This document shows positions 8,158 through 16,099 of a stretch of 64,000 bases of DNA, in pieces; position 1 is the first letter of the stretch; the number at the start of each line of letters is the position of its first letter. Where the stretch lies: NCBI GenBank assembly GCA_949297775.1, contig CASFTM010000005.1:26605-90604 (forward strand), read 5' to 3'. Below the pieces are notes generated by a model that saw nothing but the letters and a program-made list of their open reading frames with translations, was not told the origin of the DNA and did no database searches. The stretch comes from an uncultured bacterium. Lineage in GTDB: Bacteria > Elusimicrobiota > Elusimicrobia > Elusimicrobiales > Elusimicrobiaceae. The translations under genes were made by a program, and so were the position numbers.

Positions 8158-9378
8158 TTATTTCAGCTTAAGCTGTACGAACGTTTCAATATGTTCGCTG
8201 TGCGGGAAAAAATCAAACGCTTCCACGTGCAATATGTCGTAATGCGGCGTAAGGATTTTTAAATCCGCCGCCAGCGTAACGGGGTTGCAGGAAATATACA
8301 GCACGTTTTCCACGCCCGATTCCGCCACCGCTTTAGCCGCTTTGGGGTGCATTCCGCCGCGGGGCGGGTCCAAAATAATCAGCGCGTTTTTGCGTTCAAT
8401 CGGCTGTTGTTTAACGAAATCTTCCACCTTGGAGCAGAAAAATTGCACATTGTCCACGCCGTTTATTTTGGCGTTTTCAATCCCGTTGTATACGGCGGGG
8501 GCCACGCTTTCTACGCAAATGCTTTTTTCGCACAAGTCGGCGCACGAAAGCGAAAAGCTGCCCGCACCGCCGTACAAATCGTAAATGCGTTTGGGGGCCA
8601 GTTTTTTGACCACAGCCCGCACGCGGGAATACATTTTTTGCGCGGTGCGGGTGTTTGTCTGAAAAAACGACTGCGGCGAGAGCTTGAACGTCACTTCCCG
8701 TTCGGTTTTGCCGTCCGCCCCGGTTAAAAAGATTTTTTCAAAAATATGGTCCTTGCCTTTCAGCACGCGCAGGGATTCGGGGGCGGCGGTGTCCGCCAGC
8801 CCGGTGTTGACCGCCGCCATAATGTTGGCATTGGGCAGGACGCTTTCCACCGTTTGCACGAATGTTTTTTCGTTGAAATCGTCCGTTACAAACAGCACCA
8901 CAATTTCTTCGCCGGTGTTTTTGCCTTCGCGCACCATTAAATGGCGCAACACGCCGGTGTGTTTGCGTTGGTCGTAGTACTCCAAATTTTCGGCTTTGGC
9001 CCAGGCGCGGATAGCGTCCAACAGCGGGATGAGTTTATCGTTAAACAGGGCGCACTCGGCAATGTCCACTGCGCGGTCCCAACGGCCTTTTAGTTTAAAG
9101 CCCAGGGCGTTTTCAAATTCCAGCGGGCGGGTTTTGTTGGCGGGGTCTTTTTTATCGTAATCGTCGCGCCACTTTACCTGGTGGCAAAACCCCAGTTCCA
9201 CTTTATTGCGGAAGTTTTTCGGCTCGTCCGTTACGGTAACGGGAATATTCCCCGCCCAAAAATCTTTCAGCGTTTCCTGCAATTTGACGCTTTTTTTGGC
9301 TACCTGTTCTTCATAGGACAGGTGGAGCAGCGCACAGCCGCCGCACTGACCAAAATGTTTACAGGTAATGTTAGGCAT
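8158..9378 (-). CDS. rlmD: 23S rRNA m5U methyltransferase (RlmD/RumA family)
   Basis: CxxxxxCGGC cluster motif, SFFQTN, LDPPRGG, YISCNP, FDFFPHSEHIE. Confidence 0.92.
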   Translation of the reverse strand: MPNITCKHFGQCGGCALLHLSYEEQVAKKSVKLQETLKDFWAGNIPVTVTDEPKNFRNKVELGFCHQVKWRDDYDKKDPANKTRPLEFENALGFKLKGRWDRAVDIAECALFNDKLIPLLDAIRAWAKAENLEYYDQRKHTGVLRHLMVREGKNTGEEIVVLFVTDDFNEKTFVQTVESVLPNANIMAAVNTGLADTAAPESLRVLKGKDHIFEKIFLTGADGKTEREVTFKLSPQSFFQTNTRTAQKMYSRVRAVVKKLAPKRIYDLYGGAGSFSLSCADLCEKSICVESVAPAVYNGIENAKINGVDNVQFFCSKVEDFVKQQPIERKNALIILDPPRGGMHPKAAKAVAESGVENVLYISCNPVTLAADLKILTPHYDILHVEAFDFFPHSEHIETFVQLKLK

Positions 9379-10444
9379 TTACTTTAAACAGGCAAACATC
9401 GCCGTCCTTTACAATATAGTCTTTCCCTTCGGAACGGATTAAACCGTGCTCACGCAGGGCTTTTTCGCTGCCGTATTTGGCGAAATCGTCAAATGTGTAT
9501 ACATCGGCGCGGATGAAACCTTTTTCAAAATCGCTGTGGATTTTGCCCGCCGCCTGCGGGGCCGTACAGCCCACCGGGATCAGCCAGCTGCGCACTTCCA
9601 CTTCTTCGCCGGCGGTAAAATAGGTGCACAGGTTTAATAACTTCATTCCTTCGCGCACGATTTTTTCAAGCCCGGTGTAGTCGTTGCCGGTTTCCGCCAG
9701 GAAAGCTTTCTTTTCCTCTTCGGAAAATTCGGCAATGTCGGCTTCAAACTTCACGCACAGTTCCACAAAACCCGCGCCGTTTTCTTTGGCGTACTTTGCC
9801 ACTTTTTCGGCGTTTTCCACGTTGCGCTTTTCGGAATTGTTACCCACATACAGCACGGGTTTGGCGGTAAGAAATTGATAATCTTTTAAATCTTCCGGTT
9901 CCAGCCCCAGCGAACTGACGGGTTTGCCGTTTTCCAGCGCGGCTTTGATTTCTTTCATCCGTTCCCAGGCGGCTACGGCATCCTTCTTGCCGCTTTTGGC
10001 GTTGGAGCCCAGGCGGTCGCATACTTTGGTGGCGGTTTCCAGGTCGGCCAGCATCAGTTCGGTATTGATGATTTCAATATCGCGCAAAGGATCTACGGAG
10101 TTCATCACGTGTGTCACGTTATCATCATCAAACAGACGCACCACGTGGATAATCGCGTCCACTTCGCGGATATTGGCTAAAAATTTGTTCCCCAATCCTT
10201 CGCCTTGGCTCGCGCCTTTGACGATGCCGGCGATATCCACAAATTTGATAAACGCGGCGGTTTTCTTGGGCGGTTTGAACATTTCAAACAGTTTATCCAG
10301 CCGCTTGTCCGGTATCGGCACAATGCCGACGTTGGGTTCAATGGTGCAGAAAGGATAGTTGCTTGCTTCCGCACCCGCGCAGGTAAGGGCGTTAAAAAGG
10401 GTGGATTTGCCTACGTTAGGCAAGCCGACAATACCAATTTCCAT
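9371..10444 (-). CDS. ychF: Ribosome-binding ATPase YchF
   Basis: GIVGLPNVGKST, NYPFCTIEPN, GEGLGNKFL, YIVKDGD. Confidence 0.97.
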   Translation of the reverse strand: MEIGIVGLPNVGKSTLFNALTCAGAEASNYPFCTIEPNVGIVPIPDKRLDKLFEMFKPPKKTAAFIKFVDIAGIVKGASQGEGLGNKFLANIREVDAIIHVVRLFDDDNVTHVMNSVDPLRDIEIINTELMLADLETATKVCDRLGSNAKSGKKDAVAAWERMKEIKAALENGKPVSSLGLEPEDLKDYQFLTAKPVLYVGNNSEKRNVENAEKVAKYAKENGAGFVELCVKFEADIAEFSEEEKKAFLAETGNDYTGLEKIVREGMKLLNLCTYFTAGEEVEVRSWLIPVGCTAPQAAGKIHSDFEKGFIRADVYTFDDFAKYGSEKALREHGLIRSEGKDYIVKDGDVCLFKVNA

Positions 10445-10628
10445 AGATAAAACTCCTTAGGACTGATGATAAAACGGAATAATTACTTATATTTTACCAT
10501 TTTGCGTCGTTCCCCGGCACGCCGCACAAAGAAGACTTTCTCTTTTTCTCCCAAACTAACCATTTTTTCCCTCTATCCGGGGGCGCAAATAAAACTTATA
10601 ATAGGGCATCACACAAGGAGAACCCCCA

Positions 10629-13607
10629 ATGAAAAAACAACCCTTTTTAATATGCTGCCTGTTAGCCTTGGCCCTGCCCGTTTTGGCGTGCCCGGATAAC
10701 GACAGCAACAACATACTGACGTATGACGACCAAACGGTGGCCGGGTTGGAAGAAATCGTTGCCGGGCACGGCCAGCAAAACGCCGACGGCAACTCGGTCA
10801 TCATTACAAACAGCACCATTCAAGACAACGGCAGCCCGCTGCGCAATTCCCAGGTGGTCGGCGGCTGGGCGGTGGAAGAAACGGCCAACCAAAACCGTGT
10901 TGAAATTACCGATTCCACCGTTAACCGCAACATTGTGGGCGGTCAATCCACCTTCGGCACGCAGGCCAACGGCAACGTGGTCAGCATTACGCAATCCAAA
11001 GTAAACGAAGGCGCCGCCCTGCAGGATATGACCACTCTTTCGGCATATCAAGCCGAGCACCGCTACGATGCCATGGGAAACGACACTTATGTCCTTTCCA
11101 GTATGGCATCCGATTCGGTACAAACCGCGGGAAATATCACTCCGGAGTCTTCTCTCTACACCACCTACGGAGGTATGGTAGCTAACGGCGAAGCCTGCGG
11201 CAACCAAATTATTGTTACAGGCGATGGCAGCGTGATAGGCAACAACTTAATGGCGGCCTATTCCCCTTATTTGGAAGAAACCCACCTGCACGACAATTCC
11301 GTTACGGTAACCAATGCCCAAGTAACAGGTTTAATTACAGGCGCCGGCAGTTTGGGGGCCAATTGGAATACCACCATACAAGACCCGCTGACCGTCAACA
11401 ATAATTCGGTGACAATTACCGCTTCCCAAATTAACGACGCTATCGGCGCGTACGGCGGCTTAACCACCAACGGAAACCGCATTACGCTCGTAAATTCTTC
11501 AGCAGACAACTTATACGGCGTTTCCTTTGGGCAGGACATTTTCTACTCCGGTTCCCAACCCGCCACCATTGAAAACACCGCCAACAATAACAGCGTTCTC
11601 CTTTATAGCAATTCCTCCGCCACGGGCAATATCTACGGCGCCCAAAGCCACAGCGTGCAAGCCTACGGCAACCAAGTGGTGTTAGCCGGCGGTTCCTCCG
11701 CCCAAGGCGATATTTATGGGGCGCATGTTTCCAACGCCCGCGTGCAAACCAGCGATACTACCACAGATTGGAACACCGTGCAGACCGCGGCGGAAAACAA
11801 TACGCTTTCTCTCTCCGGGTCCACCGCCGGGAACGCTTCGGCCCATATAGCCGCCGCCAAAAACTTCAGCGGCTGGGCGAACAATAATACCGTAGACATT
11901 ACGGATTCCACCGTCAGCGCCGCCATTTTGGCGGGCGGCTGGGCCGAACACGAACGCCAAACGCTGACCACCAAAGGCCAGCAGAATTTTTCCATCGGCT
12001 ACCAAGCCGACGGCAACACCGTTTCCGCTGTCGGAAGCCAGTTTTCCGTCACTGTTTACGGCGGGTTCGTATCCACCAAAGACGATATCAATCCGGACGC
12101 CCTAACCGATGACACGCCTTCCTCCGCTTCGTCCAACCTGGTTCACTTAGACTCTTCCACCTTAACCGGCAACGTGTACGGCGGCGCCGCACAAGGGGAT
12201 TACACCGCGGCGAATAACAACCGCGTATGGTTAACAGACGCACAAGTAACAGGGAGTGTATATGGGGCGTTGGCGGAAGGGACCACTTCGTCCGCCGCAC
12301 AAAACGAAGTGATTTTGCAAAACAGCACCGTCACAGGGGACGTATACGCCGCGTCCGCCGCGCAAAGCGGCAGCAACACCGTCACGCTTTCGGGCCAAAG
12401 CCGTGTGGACGGCACGGTATATGGCGGCAACGGCGGGAACAACCAGCTGACACTGCTGAATTTCCAAAGCGACCAAGCGTTAAATGTAAGCGGGTTTGAC
12501 AAGCCATATATCATCTCCGGGGCGGATACGTCCGTGATTTTCGCCCAGGACGTAGCCCAAGGGGAAGTGTACGTGCAGGGCGTGGACGCCGTGGACGGCC
12601 GCGTGATTATCCAAACGCCGGACGAAAATTCCAGCTTTACCCTGCACGCCGCCGACTCCGGCGTGTATACCTATTCGCTGACGCCGCAGGCCCAGTCCAG
12701 CGGGCTTACCGGCTGGCTGCTGGCGGGCGGATTTTCCAGTGCGCGGGCCAAAACATACGCCCAAACAAGTATGGCCGCCTTGGCGTTGGCCAACGCCGGG
12801 GATAATTTACTGACCGATGCCGTCAGCGCCGCCTGGCAGAGCGACCAGGAAACCGGCTCTTTCCTGCAAAGCGGCTACGAAGAAACCCGCCACGAAACAG
12901 GCAGCGGCGTACACTTAAACGCCACCACCGTGCTAGGCGGCCTGTACGCCAAAACCGGCGACTGGCTGGGCGGTTTTTACGCCCGCTATGCTTATGGGGA
13001 CTATCACACCTACCCGGTACGGGCGGAAAGTTATGCTTCTTCCTGGGCGGGCGGCGTATTCGGCGCGTGGAACGGGGTGGAAAATCTCCGGCTGGGGGCC
13101 GATGCGCGCCTCGGCTGGCAAAGCACCAGCTACGGCGGATCGGAAGAAACAGGGGCGTCGTTTGATTACGAAAGCGTATTTACCTCGCTGCAAGCGTCGG
13201 CCCAATATGGATTTTGGCAGGATATGCAAGCCGAAGCCCGCCTGCGCTGGACACACATCCAAGGGGACAGCTTGACCGACAATTTAGGCGAAGCCGTTTC
13301 CCTGCACGCCAGCGACAGTTTGCTGAGCACCGTGGGCGTCACGTATGCGCCCCGCGCCCTGGCGTTTAACTATTTTACGCCGGAAGTGAAGGTGCAATGG
13401 CTGCACGAATTTAACGGGAAAGGCTCCGCCGATGTAGAAGGGCACCGCATAGACGGGCTTTCCCTGCGCGGCAGCACCGGGCGGGTAAGTTTGGGGCTTA
13501 ACTATCAACGCCCCGAACAAGGATTATTGGCGCGGCTGGCCGGCTTTGTGCAAGGCGGCCAGATGGACGGCTGGGGGCTGAAATTGGACGCCGCTCTGCG
13601 CTTTTAG
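10629..13607 (+). CDS. Autotransporter-like outer-membrane protein with beta-helical passenger
   Basis: Signal peptide, N/S/T/G-rich repeats (GNIYGA...ANNNxV), about 280-aa amphipathic beta C-terminus ending in Phe. Confidence 0.8.
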   Translation: MKKQPFLICCLLALALPVLACPDNDSNNILTYDDQTVAGLEEIVAGHGQQNADGNSVIITNSTIQDNGSPLRNSQVVGGWAVEETANQNRVEITDSTVNRNIVGGQSTFGTQANGNVVSITQSKVNEGAALQDMTTLSAYQAEHRYDAMGNDTYVLSSMASDSVQTAGNITPESSLYTTYGGMVANGEACGNQIIVTGDGSVIGNNLMAAYSPYLEETHLHDNSVTVTNAQVTGLITGAGSLGANWNTTIQDPLTVNNNSVTITASQINDAIGAYGGLTTNGNRITLVNSSADNLYGVSFGQDIFYSGSQPATIENTANNNSVLLYSNSSATGNIYGAQSHSVQAYGNQVVLAGGSSAQGDIYGAHVSNARVQTSDTTTDWNTVQTAAENNTLSLSGSTAGNASAHIAAAKNFSGWANNNTVDITDSTVSAAILAGGWAEHERQTLTTKGQQNFSIGYQADGNTVSAVGSQFSVTVYGGFVSTKDDINPDALTDDTPSSASSNLVHLDSSTLTGNVYGGAAQGDYTAANNNRVWLTDAQVTGSVYGALAEGTTSSAAQNEVILQNSTVTGDVYAASAAQSGSNTVTLSGQSRVDGTVYGGNGGNNQLTLLNFQSDQALNVSGFDKPYIISGADTSVIFAQDVAQGEVYVQGVDAVDGRVIIQTPDENSSFTLHAADSGVYTYSLTPQAQSSGLTGWLLAGGFSSARAKTYAQTSMAALALANAGDNLLTDAVSAAWQSDQETGSFLQSGYEETRHETGSGVHLNATTVLGGLYAKTGDWLGGFYARYAYGDYHTYPVRAESYASSWAGGVFGAWNGVENLRLGADARLGWQSTSYGGSEETGASFDYESVFTSLQASAQYGFWQDMQAEARLRWTHIQGDSLTDNLGEAVSLHASDSLLSTVGVTYAPRALAFNYFTPEVKVQWLHEFNGKGSADVEGHRIDGLSLRGSTGRVSLGLNYQRPEQGLLARLAGFVQGGQMDGWGLKLDAALRF

Positions 13608-13678
13608 CGGATTTTCCCCCTAACCAAACGGCCCGCCAACCGGCGGGCCGTGGCTTGTTCAACACGTAAAGTATCCTT

Positions 13679-14173
13679 TTATTTGATGCCATACCAATAG
13701 CCGGACGCTTTTACTCCGGCTAATGCGGCACATTTTTTCGCGCCATTCCAGTTATACCCGAAACACACTACATCTGTTTGCCTTTTTTCTATTTTTAAAT
13801 AATACAGATGATCTCTTCTCACTGCAAACCCGACACCGGCCTCGCCCCCCTGTTTCAAGCGATAACTAAAATCCTTTGTCTGTTTAGCCCGATAGCCGTC
13901 CACTTCAATCTCTTCCCCGGGAACGGTAATATCCAGCTCGTCTATATTAGAAGCATAAACACCATTCGCCAAGTAATAGGATTCCTGGGCCTGCATAATT
14001 TTGCGCAACATGGCTACCGCTTCCAATCCGCGGGCTTTGTCTACCGCCCGCTGGTACTGCGGCAACGCCACCGCCGCCAAAATACCAATAATTAAAACGA
14101 CTACTAACAGCTCTATTAGCGTGAAACCGGCGTTTTTCCCCGCCGGGTAGGATTTTTGATAAATTTTGCTCAT
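13679..14173 (-). CDS. Type IV pilin-like protein, palindrome class, copy 3
   Basis: KNAG|[24 protein letters not shown]; divergent C-terminal domain with Cys pair. Confidence 0.9.
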   Translation of the reverse strand: MSKIYQKSYPAGKNAGFTLIELLVVVLIIGILAAVALPQYQRAVDKARGLEAVAMLRKIMQAQESYYLANGVYASNIDELDITVPGEEIEVDGYRAKQTKDFSYRLKQGGEAGVGFAVRRDHLYYLKIEKRQTDVVCFGYNWNGAKKCAALAGVKASGYWYGIK

Positions 14174-14207
14174 ACGCAAAATTTATCAAAAAAAAAAAAC
14201 AAATCAA
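14153..14207 (-). promoter_or_regulatory. Pilin start-site element copy 3
   Basis: Arms 14153-14168 and 14177-14192, spacer CTCATACG, A12 at 14188-14199, TTGATT at 14202-14207. Confidence 0.8.
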
Positions 14208-14309
14208 CCCCCTTGCCGGGGGCAGGCTTTTTGGCCCCGGCCAAGGGGGTTGCCTAATACGGTACTTACGCTATTAGGGAACAACTGGTTGAGGATGTTC
14301 CTGCAAGGG

Positions 14310-14641
14310 GCCCAGCGCCTGGGCCCCCACTCTAGGCCCACCAACACGACTAATTGGGCCACACTGTTTTGCCGCACTACTAAAAAAGGAAAGCCGTTTC
14401 CGCTTATGTTGTTGTCGTGGTTGTAGCCGTTGCCGTTGCCGTGGTTATGGCCGTTTAACCGGCCCATTTGCCCCGTCTATAAAAAGCCTTCCAAGCGGAA
14501 AAGAAATTTTATTGTTTGAGCGCGGGGCAAAGCCCGCGCGAGTTATAAAATTTCCCGCTGGGAAGTGATTTTTATGGGGCCCTGGGCCGGGGCAGAGCCT
14601 GCCCTCCCATCTTTGGTACTTTTTCCCGCCGGAAAAAGTAC
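14310..14641. repeat. Pilin-upstream mosaic repeat with long hairpin module
   Basis: Homologous to 2119-2188, 37534-37770, 21331-21354 and 21452-21476. Confidence 0.8.
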
Positions 14642-14676
14642 AAATAAATTTATTTCTCTGACAAAAAATACCAACA

Positions 14677-14704
14677 AAAAACCCCGCTTGAAGCGGGGTA
14701 AAAA
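14677..14704 (-). terminator. Terminator downstream of tRNA-Glu
   Basis: ACCCCGC-ttgaa-GCGGGGT flanked by A-runs. Confidence 0.7.
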
Positions 14705-14712
14705 GAGAAATA

Positions 14713-14786
14713 CGTCCCGTACGAGATTCGAACTCGTGATCTCCGCCTTGAGAGGGCGGCGTCCTGGGCCACTAGACGAACGGGAC
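14713..14786 (-). tRNA. tRNA-Glu(CTC), CCA not encoded
   Basis: Cloverleaf: GTCCCGT/ACGGGAC acceptor, CCGCC-CTCTCAA-GGCGG anticodon arm, TTCGAAT T-loop. Confidence 0.95.
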
Positions 14787-14913
14787 TCTTATATTTATTT
14801 TATCATATTTATTTTTATGCGTAAAAAGCGGGTGGGGTTGTGTATTTTATATAATTGTTGTGTAAACTTACACGAGGCCTAAACCGCCTCTTTTATCAAC
14901 CAAGAGGTATTGT

Positions 14914-15978
14914 ATGGAACTTTCCGTCGTACAGACGACGCTTTTGTCGTTGCTGATTGCCGTTGTATTATTTTTGCCGCTTACCGTGCATAAAGTAGAA
15001 GAAAACCTGGAAGCGTTTTTGTTTCTCTGCGGCGTGTTCGCCGTAACCGTATCCAAAGTATGGAGCGGGCACTTGGTGCTTACCGCACTGGAAGACCCCA
15101 TCAAAATCACCGTTGCGGTGTTGGTAGCGGGCTTGTTATTCCGCAAATTCAACAAACACCTGCAAAAACTGACGCAAAAAGCCGTCAAAACGCTCGGCCT
15201 GCGCTGGACGCTGTTTGCCATTGTCTTTCTGCTGGGCATAACGTCCAGTCTAATCACCGCCATCATTGCGGCGCTTGTCTTATCCGAAGTTACCGTTATG
15301 TTGCCGCTGGAGCGCAAAGGACGCGTAAAATTGGTGGTATATGCGTGTTTCTCTATCGGAATGGGCGCCGTGCTTACCTCTATTGGCGAACCGCTGGGAA
15401 CGGTGGTGCTGTCTAAGCTGTCCGGAGAGCCGCACAACGCAGACTTCTTCTTTTTAATTGACCATTTGGGCTGGTTTGTGTTGGGCGGTATTGTATTTAT
15501 GTCGGGCCTGGCCAGCGCCATCCGCGACAATACCATCCAAAAAGCCCCCGGCCCCAAACCGGCGGACGCTTCCGCCCCGGATGAACATTCCGTAAAAAGC
15601 ATTGTCATCCGCGCCGCCAAAGTGTATTTGTTTGTAATGGCTTTGGTATTTTTGGGGGACGGGTTAAAGCCCTTGGCTATGAAAACGATTTCACACCTGT
15701 CCGCCGGCTGGCTGTACTGGATTAACACCCTTTCTGCCGTGTTGGACAACGCCACCCTGGCCGCCATTGAAGTTACCCCGGACATCAGCACCCGCACACT
15801 TACGTTTTTGCTGATGAGCTTGATTGTTTCGGGCGGGATGTTAATCCCCGGCAACATTCCCAACATTATTTGCGCCTCCAAGCTGGGCATTAAAAGCAAA
15901 GAATGGGCCAAAGCCGCCGTGGGATTGGGCGCGGCCGTGATGGTGGCGTATTTTATTATTCTAACCGTTGTTTTATAA
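14914..15978 (+). CDS. DUF1646-family integral membrane protein (IT-superfamily-like)
   Basis: Multi-TM; VEENLEAFLF, GEPLGT, LDNATLAA, GGMLIPGNIPNII motifs. Confidence 0.75.
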   Translation: MELSVVQTTLLSLLIAVVLFLPLTVHKVEENLEAFLFLCGVFAVTVSKVWSGHLVLTALEDPIKITVAVLVAGLLFRKFNKHLQKLTQKAVKTLGLRWTLFAIVFLLGITSSLITAIIAALVLSEVTVMLPLERKGRVKLVVYACFSIGMGAVLTSIGEPLGTVVLSKLSGEPHNADFFFLIDHLGWFVLGGIVFMSGLASAIRDNTIQKAPGPKPADASAPDEHSVKSIVIRAAKVYLFVMALVFLGDGLKPLAMKTISHLSAGWLYWINTLSAVLDNATLAAIEVTPDISTRTLTFLLMSLIVSGGMLIPGNIPNIICASKLGIKSKEWAKAAVGLGAAVMVAYFIILTVVL

Positions 15979-15990
15979 AACAGCCCGCCG

Positions 15991-16025
15991 CAAAAAGCCG
16001 CTTCCTGCCGGGAAGCGGCTTTTTT
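15991..16025 (+). terminator. Intrinsic terminator
   Basis: AAAAAGCCGCTTCC...GGAAGCGGCTTTTT. Confidence 0.8.
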
Positions 16026-16099
16026 GCGCCCTTTTGCAAGGCAAGCCAGGCGGGAATTTTATATAATCTCTGTATATATAAAAATACAGGGGAGAATTT

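Noticed and set aside
14713-14730. tRNA-Glu or tRNA-Phe 3' ends as att sites of an island
   Set aside because: No duplicated tRNA 3' segment or integrase was found by eye.
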